NCBI GenBank assembly: GCA_964535515.1
Contig: CAZHTA010000006.1
Span: forward strand, 1-57,026
Source: an uncultured Gammaproteobacteria bacterium
GTDB lineage: Bacteria > Patescibacteriota > Patescibacteriia > Magasanikbacterales > GWA2-37-8
Length of the DNA: 57,026 bases
Reading direction: 5' to 3'
Shown here: positions 19,356-28,455 of the stretch, one piece after another
Numbering within the stretch: the stretch's first letter is position 1
Layout of the letters: each line of letters starts with the position of its first letter
Position numbers and translations under genes: made by a program
The notes under the pieces: generated by a model
The model's input: only the letters and a program-made list of their open reading frames with translations
Told to the model about the DNA's origin: nothing
Databases searched by the model: none

Positions 19356-21011
19356 TTATCTACTAGCCGTTATTACTGTGCCCTCTGCCCCACAAGCTTG
19401 AGCGCTAACCTTACCGCTGTTATCACGATTGACTACATAGTATGTTTTTTGAGGAGAACCTAAATTAGGATCCTGAGGGATAGGATTTAACTTGTTGCCC
19501 AAAACATTGGAAAGATCCAAACAAGCTGACTGAAGACCAAAAGATTGGCTCATAACAGTTGCACTGCCTTCAAGCATCACTTGGTCCAATTTAGGAGAAA
19601 ACTGAGAATTTTCTGTTTCAAAATATGTTTTATATTGAAAATAACGATCAGCAAACAAATTTCCTAGAGAAAACGACGGCTCAACATTGCCAGTATTATC
19701 TAAATCCTGAAAATAAGTAGAGGCTGTACCATCCGGACCAACAAACGTTGGATTACTTGTGCAATTTGAATCAACACAAGTACGCGCTTGCATTTTCATA
19801 TGAGCAACACCACGACGATATTGGTCAGCCACTTCACCAGCGCTCAACCCTCGATCATATATAAGCAGTTCATCCAGCATACCATCAAAATGGTACGTTG
19901 CGCTATGATTTACAAAAACTGACATTCCATTAGAAATTACTTTAAAATTTTTCACATCCTGATTAATTTTACTACCATTTAAATATAAAACAGTTGTAGA
20001 TTTAGCACCATCCCATTGTCTTGTGACCACTGTATGATACCACTGCCCAGCATTTAAACCTGACATTCCTGTTGGAAAACTTAAAATAGTAGCCGCCGAA
20101 CAACCAGAAGTATTTCCTGCACCAGTACACTTAGACGGATCAGACGGTTCATTTCTAATAGTAACCATAACTTTCCCATTAGAAATCGCTAAATAAGCAC
20201 CCGAACCAGGAGTACCACCACGAAAATTGGAAATAAGAAAAGTCAGCGTAGGATAACTGCCCAGCTTAAACCAAGTTGAAAAAGAAAAATTACCATTCTG
20301 CATAAAATTTTGAATACTCGCTGTCGTTGCTGGAATAGTAAGGTATGGCAAATTACTCACAGCAGGCAAAAAATTAATTGCTTGAGCATTTTTCCCACTA
20401 GAGAAACTGATTGAATTCTTATTGTAAATAATTGGGTTATTCCCTAAGCCGCTCTTGTCCACAATTTGATTACCATTAACCTCGCCATTATCAAAACCCA
20501 ACCAAGTTATTAACCCATTTGTACTAACATCATTATTCTGCGCCCAACTTAACTTAAGCCATGATGTACTAGTGCTACCACCATCTTTGATTGAAGACTG
20601 GTAATTTCCTGAACTGCCAGAACTCAAACGTAAATAATTGTAAACTGAATCATAGACAGTGTTAGAATAACTACCAGAATCAAAAGCTGTTTGTTCCTTG
20701 TCTTCAATTAAAACAGACGAAGCCTGCCCTCCACCATTTTCTCCACAAGCAACGTCACAGCCAGAGGTAGCAGTACCAATCATTTTCCAATTTTCATCAA
20801 AACCAACCGGCAACAAACCTTTGTTTTCTATCTGATAAAGACGAACAGCATCAACAATCGACTTAACATCAGCAGCACGACGAGAATTACGCGAATCTTT
20901 AAAACGCTCTATTGGATCAACAGCTACAAAAACCACCACCGATACAACTGCAATGATAGCAATAACGATGAGCAGTTCAACAAGAGTAAAAGCTTTTCTA
21001 TTTAACACCAT
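19356..21011 (-). CDS. large pseudopilin with a LamG domain
   Basis: 551 aa with MVLNRKA/FTLVELLIVIAI and a LamG signature (WYHTVVTR...LYLNGSKI...FDGMLDELLIYDRGLSAGEV). Confidence 0.85.
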   Translation of the reverse strand: MVLNRKAFTLVELLIVIAIIAVVSVVVFVAVDPIERFKDSRNSRRAADVKSIVDAVRLYQIENKGLLPVGFDENWKMIGTATSGCDVACGENGGGQASSVLIEDKEQTAFDSGSYSNTVYDSVYNYLRLSSGSSGNYQSSIKDGGSTSTSWLKLSWAQNNDVSTNGLITWLGFDNGEVNGNQIVDKSGLGNNPIIYNKNSISFSSGKNAQAINFLPAVSNLPYLTIPATTASIQNFMQNGNFSFSTWFKLGSYPTLTFLISNFRGGTPGSGAYLAISNGKVMVTIRNEPSDPSKCTGAGNTSGCSAATILSFPTGMSGLNAGQWYHTVVTRQWDGAKSTTVLYLNGSKINQDVKNFKVISNGMSVFVNHSATYHFDGMLDELLIYDRGLSAGEVADQYRRGVAHMKMQARTCVDSNCTSNPTFVGPDGTASTYFQDLDNTGNVEPSFSLGNLFADRYFQYKTYFETENSQFSPKLDQVMLEGSATVMSQSFGLQSACLDLSNVLGNKLNPIPQDPNLGSPQKTYYVVNRDNSGKVSAQACGAEGTVITASR

Positions 21012-21012
21012 A

Positions 21013-21537
21013 CTATTCTTCGATTTTACCTAAACCATTAATACTGACAGTTGAAACACCATCAATACTGTGCACCAGATCAAAGCTACCAACATTATTC
21101 GGCCTGCCAAGACCAGCAGAAAAATTTATATCAATATTGCTACCACTTAAATTAAGACTAGTATTCCTAATAGTCACAACATTGTCTAAAACCATCAATC
21201 GATCACTCGCACTATCCCTAGCAGCATACGAACTACCCTGATAAACAGTATAAGAATTAGGCACGCTAATTAAATCCAAATATACTCCATAAGCTGAGTT
21301 GTTATAACGACTGATAGAATTTTCTCTAGCCCACCTTAAATTCTGCACCAACTGAGCACTAGTTTCATTCAACTGCGATTTAACCTGCAAAGACCCATAA
21401 ATTGGAATAGTGGCCGAAACCAAAATAATTGTAATAGAAATTACGATAAGCAGTTCAACTAAAGTAAACCCAGCCAAACCAGGTTTACGTTCTTCGTTAT
21501 CAAACGACCCTCTTTTAATACTCAAACATCCAAACAT
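21013..21537 (-). CDS. GspH/FimT-like minor pseudopilin
   Basis: 174 aa with ...PGLAG/FTLVELLIVISI. Confidence 0.8.
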   Translation of the reverse strand: MFGCLSIKRGSFDNEERKPGLAGFTLVELLIVISITIILVSATIPIYGSLQVKSQLNETSAQLVQNLRWARENSISRYNNSAYGVYLDLISVPNSYTVYQGSSYAARDSASDRLMVLDNVVTIRNTSLNLSGSNIDINFSAGLGRPNNVGSFDLVHSIDGVSTVSINGLGKIEE

Positions 21538-21544
21538 AGGATAA

Positions 21545-22624
21545 CTAACGATGAATATTACCAGTAATATTATAAATTGGCGTAATAATAGAAAGCGCTA
21601 AAAATCCCACAATCAAACCCACGACCAATAACAATATTGGTTCAATAGCAGTAGATAAATTTTTAGTAGAATTATCCACTTCTACTTCATAAAAATCTGC
21701 CAAATAAAGTAAAGTGCCCTCCAAATTACCAGATTGTTCACCAACAGTGATCATTCTAACAACCATCTTGGGGTATAATTTCAAATAATCCTCCATACTA
21801 TCAGCTAACCGACTCCCTTTATTCACTCTCGCACCAACCTCTTTTAAAGATTTTTGATAATAATAATTACCAACTGTATCAGCGGTAATCTGTAATGCTT
21901 CATCGATATTTAAACCACTCTTTAACAACGTTCCTAAAGTACGTGAAAACCTCGCTAAATTGGTATTTTGAACAATCCCTTTTATCACTGGTGTTTTAAG
22001 TAACAACCAATTAGTAGTAGGACGAGAAAATTTTGCACGCAACACTACTGCTAATAAAATCACGCCAACAACAATACCGCCAAATAAGCTCGCTGTATTA
22101 GTGGAAACAAAATGAGTGAAAGCAATCAAAGCCCGAGTAGTAATTGGCAAATTAGTTTTCAGCCCTTCAAACAAAGGTATAATTTTAGGTAAAACTAAAA
22201 AAGCCATCGCTAGACCCAAACCAAAAGCAGCAATCAAAACCACAACCGGATAAAGCATCGCGCCTTTAACCTTAGAAGTTAATTCCCTTTCTTTCTGTAA
22301 CTGTTCCGATAAATACTGAAGATTCTCCGCTAAAGTACCAGAGTTTTCTCCGGCGTAAACTGAACTCTTAAAAATTCCTGAAAAAACTTTTGGGTAACGT
22401 CCCAAAGACTCTGACAAAGTATTACCAGATTCCACTGATTTCTTTACATCCCCAATAATTTTTTTCATTCTTCCCTTAGCCGCATCTTCAATAATACCAA
22501 GAGACTCAGTAATAGTTAAACCTGACTGCTGCATGACAGCTAAGTATTTAGCTAACAACGCCTTGTCAGCCAAACCCGTGCCACCAAAGCTTATATTAAA
22601 ATTAAAATTTTTTTTATCAGGCAT
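21545..22624 (-). CDS. pilC: type IV pilus / T2SS platform protein PilC (GspF family)
   Basis: 359 aa with two GspF repeats and three TM segments. Confidence 0.9.
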   Translation of the reverse strand: MPDKKNFNFNISFGGTGLADKALLAKYLAVMQQSGLTITESLGIIEDAAKGRMKKIIGDVKKSVESGNTLSESLGRYPKVFSGIFKSSVYAGENSGTLAENLQYLSEQLQKERELTSKVKGAMLYPVVVLIAAFGLGLAMAFLVLPKIIPLFEGLKTNLPITTRALIAFTHFVSTNTASLFGGIVVGVILLAVVLRAKFSRPTTNWLLLKTPVIKGIVQNTNLARFSRTLGTLLKSGLNIDEALQITADTVGNYYYQKSLKEVGARVNKGSRLADSMEDYLKLYPKMVVRMITVGEQSGNLEGTLLYLADFYEVEVDNSTKNLSTAIEPILLLVVGLIVGFLALSIITPIYNITGNIHR

Positions 22625-22649
22625 AAAAAATAAAATATAAATTAAATAA

Positions 22650-24347
22650 CTATTCCCTAGTCACTCTTAAGACTTCCTCCAAAGTAGTCACTCCATTCAT
22701 AACTTTATCGATGCCGTCCTCCAACATAGTAGTCATACCCTGACTTTTAGCCGTTTCCATAATTTGTTGGCTAGAGGCACTGGCCAAAATCAATTTTTTT
22801 ATCTCTTCACTCATTTCCAAAAGTTCAAATACACCGACTCTCCCCTTAAATCCAGTGTGATTACAAACATCACAACCCTCTCCTCTGTACATTCTAAATT
22901 TTTCTAACTTCTTACCCGCCTTTTTAGTAATAAGACTACTAATAAAAGAATCCGCCACCAAAGCATTTTTTTCTGCTTCGCTCATTTCATAAGAAACACG
23001 ACAGTTAGTACAAACCTTACGCACCAACCTTTGGGCAACAGCAATATTAACAGTTGAAGCCACTAAAAATGGTTCAACCCCCATATCTAATAAACGCGGC
23101 AAGGTTGTGGCGGCATCATTGGTGTGCAAAGTGGACAATACCAAATGCCCAGTCAAAGCCGAATTAACAGCAATACCAGCAGTTTCTTCATCACGAATTT
23201 CTCCGACCATAATAATATTAGGATCCTGACGCACAATCGAACGCAAGCCATTAGCAAAGGTTAGATTTGTTTTAGCATTAACCTGAATCTGGGTAACCCC
23301 TTCGATATCATATTCAACCGGATCTTCAATCGTCGCAATATTAACATCACGTCGATTTAGCAACTTCAAAATTGCATACAAAGTGGTAGTTTTGCCCGAT
23401 CCCGTAGGTCCAGTAACCAAAAACATACCGTGCGGGTGCTTGATTGCTCTCTGCACCTTTTTCATATCAGCCAAACTTAAACCCAAGTCTGATAAACCGA
23501 AAGAACGACTGTGGGCAGATAAAATACGCATTACCACATTCTCTCCCAATACTGTTGGCACCACAGAAACTCTAACATCCACTGTTTCGTTTTCAAATTT
23601 AAACCTAAGCTTCCCGTCTTGAGCAGCACGGTGTTCATCGGTTCTCATTTTTGACAGAATTTTAATTCTCGTCAAAACTACCTCGGCAAACTCATTGGGA
23701 ATCTGCAAAACATCGTGCATAATACCATCGATTCTGAAACGAATTACTAACTTCTCGTTGTATGGTTCAACATGAATATCCGAAGCTTTATTCTGATGGC
23801 CATATTTAAGCAACGTGTCTACCATTGTCACTAAAATATCATCACTTTTTTCTTTACTTAATCCTGGTTTTTGCAAATCTACTAAAATTCGATTAAACTC
23901 ATCTTTTAAACTTAATTGATAATTTGCCATAGCCTCTTCAAAGTCCTGCTCCATGGTAAAAAACGGCTGCACTTGTTGTTCTAACAATTTTTCAAGAACA
24001 TGAACAGCATCATAATCATTAGGATCAAGCATAGCCACTTTTACCCCTTTTTCATCAGCCGCAAATGGAACTACGCCTTTGGAACGAGCTACTAACTCCG
24101 GTACTTTCTTCATTAAATCTTGATCAATTTTTTCATGACTTAAATTAACATAAACCTTGCCGTAATATTCAGCTAGTGCTTGACCAAGGATATCTTTAGT
24201 AATATGGCCGCCTTCTATCAAATACTCAACTAACCCCATACCCGTATCAGCCATCCCTTTTTCCACCTCTTTTATATCTTTCTCGGAAAGATAAGTTTCC
24301 TCTAATAAAATCTTTTTAATTTTGTCTTCTGTTAGTTTTTCTACCAT
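22650..24347 (-). CDS. pilB: type IV pilus assembly ATPase PilB (GspE family)
   Basis: Walker A (GPTGSGKTTT), Asp box, Walker B (IMVGEIRD), His box (TGHLVLSTLH) and the tetracysteine CTNC...CDVC are present. The start is set at MVEKLTEDK (24347); the 43-codon upstream extension in the ORF track looks non-coding. Confidence 0.92.
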   Translation of the reverse strand: MVEKLTEDKIKKILLEETYLSEKDIKEVEKGMADTGMGLVEYLIEGGHITKDILGQALAEYYGKVYVNLSHEKIDQDLMKKVPELVARSKGVVPFAADEKGVKVAMLDPNDYDAVHVLEKLLEQQVQPFFTMEQDFEEAMANYQLSLKDEFNRILVDLQKPGLSKEKSDDILVTMVDTLLKYGHQNKASDIHVEPYNEKLVIRFRIDGIMHDVLQIPNEFAEVVLTRIKILSKMRTDEHRAAQDGKLRFKFENETVDVRVSVVPTVLGENVVMRILSAHSRSFGLSDLGLSLADMKKVQRAIKHPHGMFLVTGPTGSGKTTTLYAILKLLNRRDVNIATIEDPVEYDIEGVTQIQVNAKTNLTFANGLRSIVRQDPNIIMVGEIRDEETAGIAVNSALTGHLVLSTLHTNDAATTLPRLLDMGVEPFLVASTVNIAVAQRLVRKVCTNCRVSYEMSEAEKNALVADSFISSLITKKAGKKLEKFRMYRGEGCDVCNHTGFKGRVGVFELLEMSEEIKKLILASASSQQIMETAKSQGMTTMLEDGIDKVMNGVTTLEEVLRVTRE

Positions 24348-24484
24348 ACTATTTGTTAAGCAAAAAATTAGGTTTTTACGAAATCCTCCTAAATAATTAT
24401 ACCATAAAGACAAACCTAACGAAATAGCCTTGGCAAAAAAAGCAACTGTGATATAATAAGCATATCTAAGTAACATAAATAATT

Positions 24485-25576
24485 ATGCAAAACTGGGTTT
24501 TTAAAGAAATTACTGAAGAAGTAAGGCACTTTATGGATTCTATTGGCGACGGGGTGCTAGTAGTAAGTAAAAATGGGGATATACTAATCTGCAACAAGGC
24601 TATTTGCAGTATTTTAGGATACGACAACAAAAAAAATCTCATCGGACAACCAATTCTTACCCTGCTTTGTCCAACCGATGCTACTGGTACACCAATTACT
24701 AAAAAGAATGCAGCTTTATTTAAGTCAATCAATGAAGGCAAAAAAATAATCAACGCCATCCGTCAATTTGTAAAAAAAGACGGCGGCCGAATCTGGTCGT
24801 CTATTACCACCACCCCCATTTTAGATAAAAACAATAAGGTGGAGGGTGCCATACTAATTATTCGAGATGTCACTGAGGAAAAACAAGAAGAAGAATATCG
24901 AGCAGATTTTGCTCATATCGCCAGTCATAATTTACGTAGCCCGCTTGGTAATGTAATGTTGGCAATTGAGTATCTAATTAGCCAAAAACCAGGAAAACTA
25001 AACAAAGAACAAGAAAATTATTTAGGTGACTGTTATAAAACACTTAAAGAAATGAATCGTTTAGTAAACGATCTTTTAAGTATCTCTCGTCTTCCCCAAA
25101 AAGGCATTAAGCCGGTTTTGAAAAAAATCTCTTTAGAAGAAACCTACGCAAAAGTATATAACGATTTGCAGTATTATGCTCGCTCACACAATGTCAACAT
25201 CGAGTTAACTAATAACAACAAAAAACATTTTGTAAAAGCTGACGAAAATCACATACGTACGATCATACAAAATATTATTGAAAATGCGATTCGCTATTCT
25301 TCTGCTAATAACCCAATAAAAATAGAATTTAAAAAAGAAGGAAAATACGTCATTTTTTCCTGTACCAATTCTGGTATTGGTATTCCAGAAAACAAGAGAA
25401 AATTCATTTTTGCCAAATTCTTTAGAGCACCTAATGCTGTTAATAAAGAAGGACAAGGCACTGGACTTGGCCTATACATTGTTCATGAATTGGTAGAGCT
25501 CAACAAAGGCAAAATCTGGTTTGAAAGCGAAGAAAACAAAACTACTACCTTTTATATTAAACTCTTAGCCTATTAA
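24485..25576 (+). CDS. cytoplasmic PAS-domain histidine kinase
   Basis: 363 aa with no TM segment, two PAS-like segments, an H-box (IASHNLRSPL), and N/G boxes (NSGIGIP, GTGLGLYI). Confidence 0.9.
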   Translation: MQNWVFKEITEEVRHFMDSIGDGVLVVSKNGDILICNKAICSILGYDNKKNLIGQPILTLLCPTDATGTPITKKNAALFKSINEGKKIINAIRQFVKKDGGRIWSSITTTPILDKNNKVEGAILIIRDVTEEKQEEEYRADFAHIASHNLRSPLGNVMLAIEYLISQKPGKLNKEQENYLGDCYKTLKEMNRLVNDLLSISRLPQKGIKPVLKKISLEETYAKVYNDLQYYARSHNVNIELTNNNKKHFVKADENHIRTIIQNIIENAIRYSSANNPIKIEFKKEGKYVIFSCTNSGIGIPENKRKFIFAKFFRAPNAVNKEGQGTGLGLYIVHELVELNKGKIWFESEENKTTTFYIKLLAY

Positions 25577-25578
25577 AT

Positions 25579-25953
25579 ATGCCGAAAAAGAAAAAAATAC
25601 TGATCATCGAAGACGACAGTTTCACAATTAAACTTTACACTCGCTTGCTTAATGACGCTGGTTTTGATGTTGTAAGCACTCCAACAGCCAAAGATTTTAT
25701 CCCGCTAGCCAAAAGAGAAAAACCAAACCTGATTATAGCCGATCTAATGCTAGCTGACGGTAATGGTTTTGATGTAATAAAAAATGTTCGCACTACTACT
25801 CAGCTCAAAAAAACCCCTATCATTACACTCTCAAACTTAGGCCAAGAAACAGACATTAGTGAAGCACTACGCAAAGGTAGTAATAAATACTTTGTAAAAA
25901 GCAACACCCGTTTTGAAGAAGTGATTGAAGCAGTAAAAACACTAACAAAATAA
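25579..25953 (+). CDS. single-domain response regulator
   Basis: 124 aa with KILIIEDD, NLIIADLMLADGNG and VKS. It starts 3 nt after the kinase gene. Confidence 0.9.
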   Translation: MPKKKKILIIEDDSFTIKLYTRLLNDAGFDVVSTPTAKDFIPLAKREKPNLIIADLMLADGNGFDVIKNVRTTTQLKKTPIITLSNLGQETDISEALRKGSNKYFVKSNTRFEEVIEAVKTLTK

Positions 25954-25970
25954 TCGGCTATTCGCCGATT
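25952..25970. terminator. bidirectional hairpin shared by two convergent REC genes
   Basis: AATCGGC-tattc-GCCGATT followed by T7. The hairpin overlaps the stop of the plus gene and the last codons of the minus gene. Confidence 0.55.
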
Positions 25971-26326
25971 ATTTTTTTAACATGTTCTATCACTTCAACT
26001 ATTGGTGTATCCGATTTTACAAAGTAATCAACCGCCCCTAACGCTTTCGCTCGCTCTACATCACCTGGTTGACTTAAATTTGTAGAAACAATAACCGGCA
26101 TCTTATTAGACTCCTTTTTTAAAGCTTCTAAAACACCAAAGCCATCCATTTTTGGCATCATCAAATCAAGCAAAAGCAAGTCATAACTCGCTTTCTTAAG
26201 TTCACTAAGAGCTTCTTCACCGTCAAAAACTGCTTTGGCTTCAAAACCAGAGTTATTGAATTTTAATTCCAACGCTCGGGCCATTGGTTTTTCATCCTCC
26301 GCGATTAAAATCTTCTTTTTTGCCAT
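25958..26326 (-). CDS. single-domain response regulator
   Basis: 122 aa with KILIAEDE, DLLLLDLMMPKMDG and VKS. Confidence 0.9.
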   Translation of the reverse strand: MAKKKILIAEDEKPMARALELKFNNSGFEAKAVFDGEEALSELKKASYDLLLLDLMMPKMDGFGVLEALKKESNKMPVIVSTNLSQPGDVERAKALGAVDYFVKSDTPIVEVIEHVKKIIGE

Positions 26327-26346
26327 ATAAAATAAAAATTAGACAA

Positions 26347-27204
26347 CTACTCCTCACCTATTATTATATCACCTTTTTCATCTGTCCGCCAGATGTCCAC
26401 AGACATCCTTTCTAACTTCCTTGCCACCCGAAGCGATGGATGTCCAAACTTGTTTTTCCCTACCGATACAATCGCAACCTTAGGCCTAACCACCTCTAAC
26501 CATTCTTCGCTAGTCGAACTATCACTACCGTGATGACCAATTTTTAAATAATCAGCTCGAAACTCATTGCAATTAATTAAACCGCTAGGACAAAAAGTTT
26601 TGATTAATGCCTCCTCTAAAAGCAACTCAGCATCGCCAGAAAATATAAACGACTGTTTAGGGGCTGTTAAAGAAAAAACCAACGAGCTGTTATTCCCTCC
26701 CCCATTTTCACTTGGCAAAAATTTAGCATCTGGTTTGTAAAAATTAACTTTTTCTTGATCAAAGGACCAAAATGTATACGGCTCAACTACAACCTGTCGA
26801 TCGGCACCCTCTTTTTTAGCAAAATCTTCCCAGCTCAGCCAAAACTGGTCAGACGGCTTCTGTTCTCCGTTCTCAATTATCGTTTTAACCTGATAACGCT
26901 TTAACACATCAATACAACCACCATAATGGTCTAAATCTGGATGGCTAATGACTAAATAATCAATTACGCGATCGTAAAATGGCAACCGACCACCAAGTTT
27001 AGATAAAATATTACTATTCGGACCACAATCAACCAACATCTTTTTGCCATTAGAAAAATTAATCAAGGCAGAATCACCCTGACCAATATTAAAAAACACC
27101 ACGCTAAAGTGATATTTTTTACTTTCAAAATATTGCCAATAACAGAAAAAAACTACCAACCCTAATAATGTTAACCAAAATATTGCCCTCCATTTTTTAT
27201 CCAT
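26347..27204 (-). CDS. ComEC-type metallo-beta-lactamase domain protein (stand-alone)
   Basis: 285 aa with an N-terminal TM, GQGDSALI, SHPDLDHYGG, SGDAE and IGHHGS. Confidence 0.8.
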   Translation of the reverse strand: MDKKWRAIFWLTLLGLVVFFCYWQYFESKKYHFSVVFFNIGQGDSALINFSNGKKMLVDCGPNSNILSKLGGRLPFYDRVIDYLVISHPDLDHYGGCIDVLKRYQVKTIIENGEQKPSDQFWLSWEDFAKKEGADRQVVVEPYTFWSFDQEKVNFYKPDAKFLPSENGGGNNSSLVFSLTAPKQSFIFSGDAELLLEEALIKTFCPSGLINCNEFRADYLKIGHHGSDSSTSEEWLEVVRPKVAIVSVGKNKFGHPSLRVARKLERMSVDIWRTDEKGDIIIGEE

Positions 27205-27226
27205 AAACTATATACAATTACAAAAA

Positions 27227-27820
27227 TCAATGCGAAACCATCTTAGTAGCAAAATCAGCTCCATAAACAGCAGTAAAATCATGAAAGAAATTTGTCAAAG
27301 CAACCAAGTCCAGTCGCAATGCTTCTTGGTAACGTGCTAACTTTATATAAATACGAGTTCTTTCCTCTGCACCGTCTTTAACGTCATAGTGCTGACTAGT
27401 CTTGTATTGCGACGCTTCTTCAACCAATTTATCAATTTTGCGATTTTCATAATTATTTTGAATCGCGAACTGCAAATTGCCTGAAGCTTCAGTAAATTTT
27501 TTCCAATCTAATTGTGGACCAGAAAATTGCCGAGGCAAAGTTACGCATCGTGGACGTATTTCTTTGTAAAAACTCTGTAACTGACGCACTAAAACCTGAA
27601 CATCTTCCGATAAACGCAACAAGTCCTCTCCCCACGATACCAGCTCTTCACTGGTTACTGTTTCTGAGTCATACTCTGGTAAAGTATCACCAGCAAAATG
27701 TTCTTTCAAAACCCCCTCACACAAAGCTGGCACTTCGCTCAAAGAAAGTGCTCGCTCATATTCCAAAGGTGTATTTACTTCTCCTTGAACTCCGCCTAAA
27801 CCACGTTCGTTCGCAGACAT
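27227..27820 (-). CDS. hypothetical protein
   Basis: 197-aa soluble helical ORF. No family recognised. Confidence 0.45.
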   Translation of the reverse strand: MSANERGLGGVQGEVNTPLEYERALSLSEVPALCEGVLKEHFAGDTLPEYDSETVTSEELVSWGEDLLRLSEDVQVLVRQLQSFYKEIRPRCVTLPRQFSGPQLDWKKFTEASGNLQFAIQNNYENRKIDKLVEEASQYKTSQHYDVKDGAEERTRIYIKLARYQEALRLDLVALTNFFHDFTAVYGADFATKMVSH

Positions 27821-27840
27821 AAAATATAATTAATTAAATA

Positions 27841-28455
27841 TTACTTAACCGCTAAAATTATCTGATTAACCCAAACATCGTTCTCTCGAACAAAATCTTC
27901 ACGCTCAATACTAAAAGCCAAACCTTCTAGTTTTTCTCTAATACTCTCTGGGCGGTGATAATATGAATCGATCTTTATCGCCCCTTCTCTAGTCTGCACC
28001 TCCGGTGGTTCCTTTTGGTTGATATTAGTTACTAAAAACTTACCCCCCACTTTTAACACTCGGTACACCTCATTAAAAAATCTAATCGGGTCTTTTAAAT
28101 GCACAACTAGAAAAGCCGCTGTAACAAAGTCAAAAGTATTGTCACCAAAAGGCAAGTCTTCTGCCTCCCCAATTACAGCCTCGATTTGAGCATTCTTTCT
28201 TTTTAAAACCTTTAACATCTCTTCAGATACATCCAAAGCAGTCACTTCTGCCCCAGTTCGTGCTAACTCAACTGTTAGACGTCCCGTACCAGCGCCAACA
28301 TCCAAAACTTTTTTACCTTTTAAGTCTCCTAATATCCCACTAATCCTACCTTTTTCAAAACTATTCAAATACCCTTCTTTTTTATCATAAACACTAGCTG
28401 CCAAATCATACCCTTTAGCAGAAGACAAAATTTTAACTTTAACTTTTTTTGACAT
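27841..28455 (-). CDS. class I SAM-dependent methyltransferase
   Basis: 204 aa with motif I (VLDVGAGTGRLT), an acidic post-I residue (LDVS) and a Methyltransf_11-like layout. Confidence 0.85.
   Translation of the reverse strand: MSKKVKVKILSSAKGYDLAASVYDKKEGYLNSFEKGRISGILGDLKGKKVLDVGAGTGRLTVELARTGAEVTALDVSEEMLKVLKRKNAQIEAVIGEAEDLPFGDNTFDFVTAAFLVVHLKDPIRFFNEVYRVLKVGGKFLVTNINQKEPPEVQTREGAIKIDSYYHRPESIREKLEGLAFSIEREDFVRENDVWVNQIILAVK

Noticed and set aside
24348-24759. 43-codon extension of pilB, and the 97-aa minus ORF 24466-24759
   Set aside because: The extension has no similarity to GspE N-termini and lies in the divergent promoter region. The 97-aa ORF is antisense to the well-supported PAS kinase.
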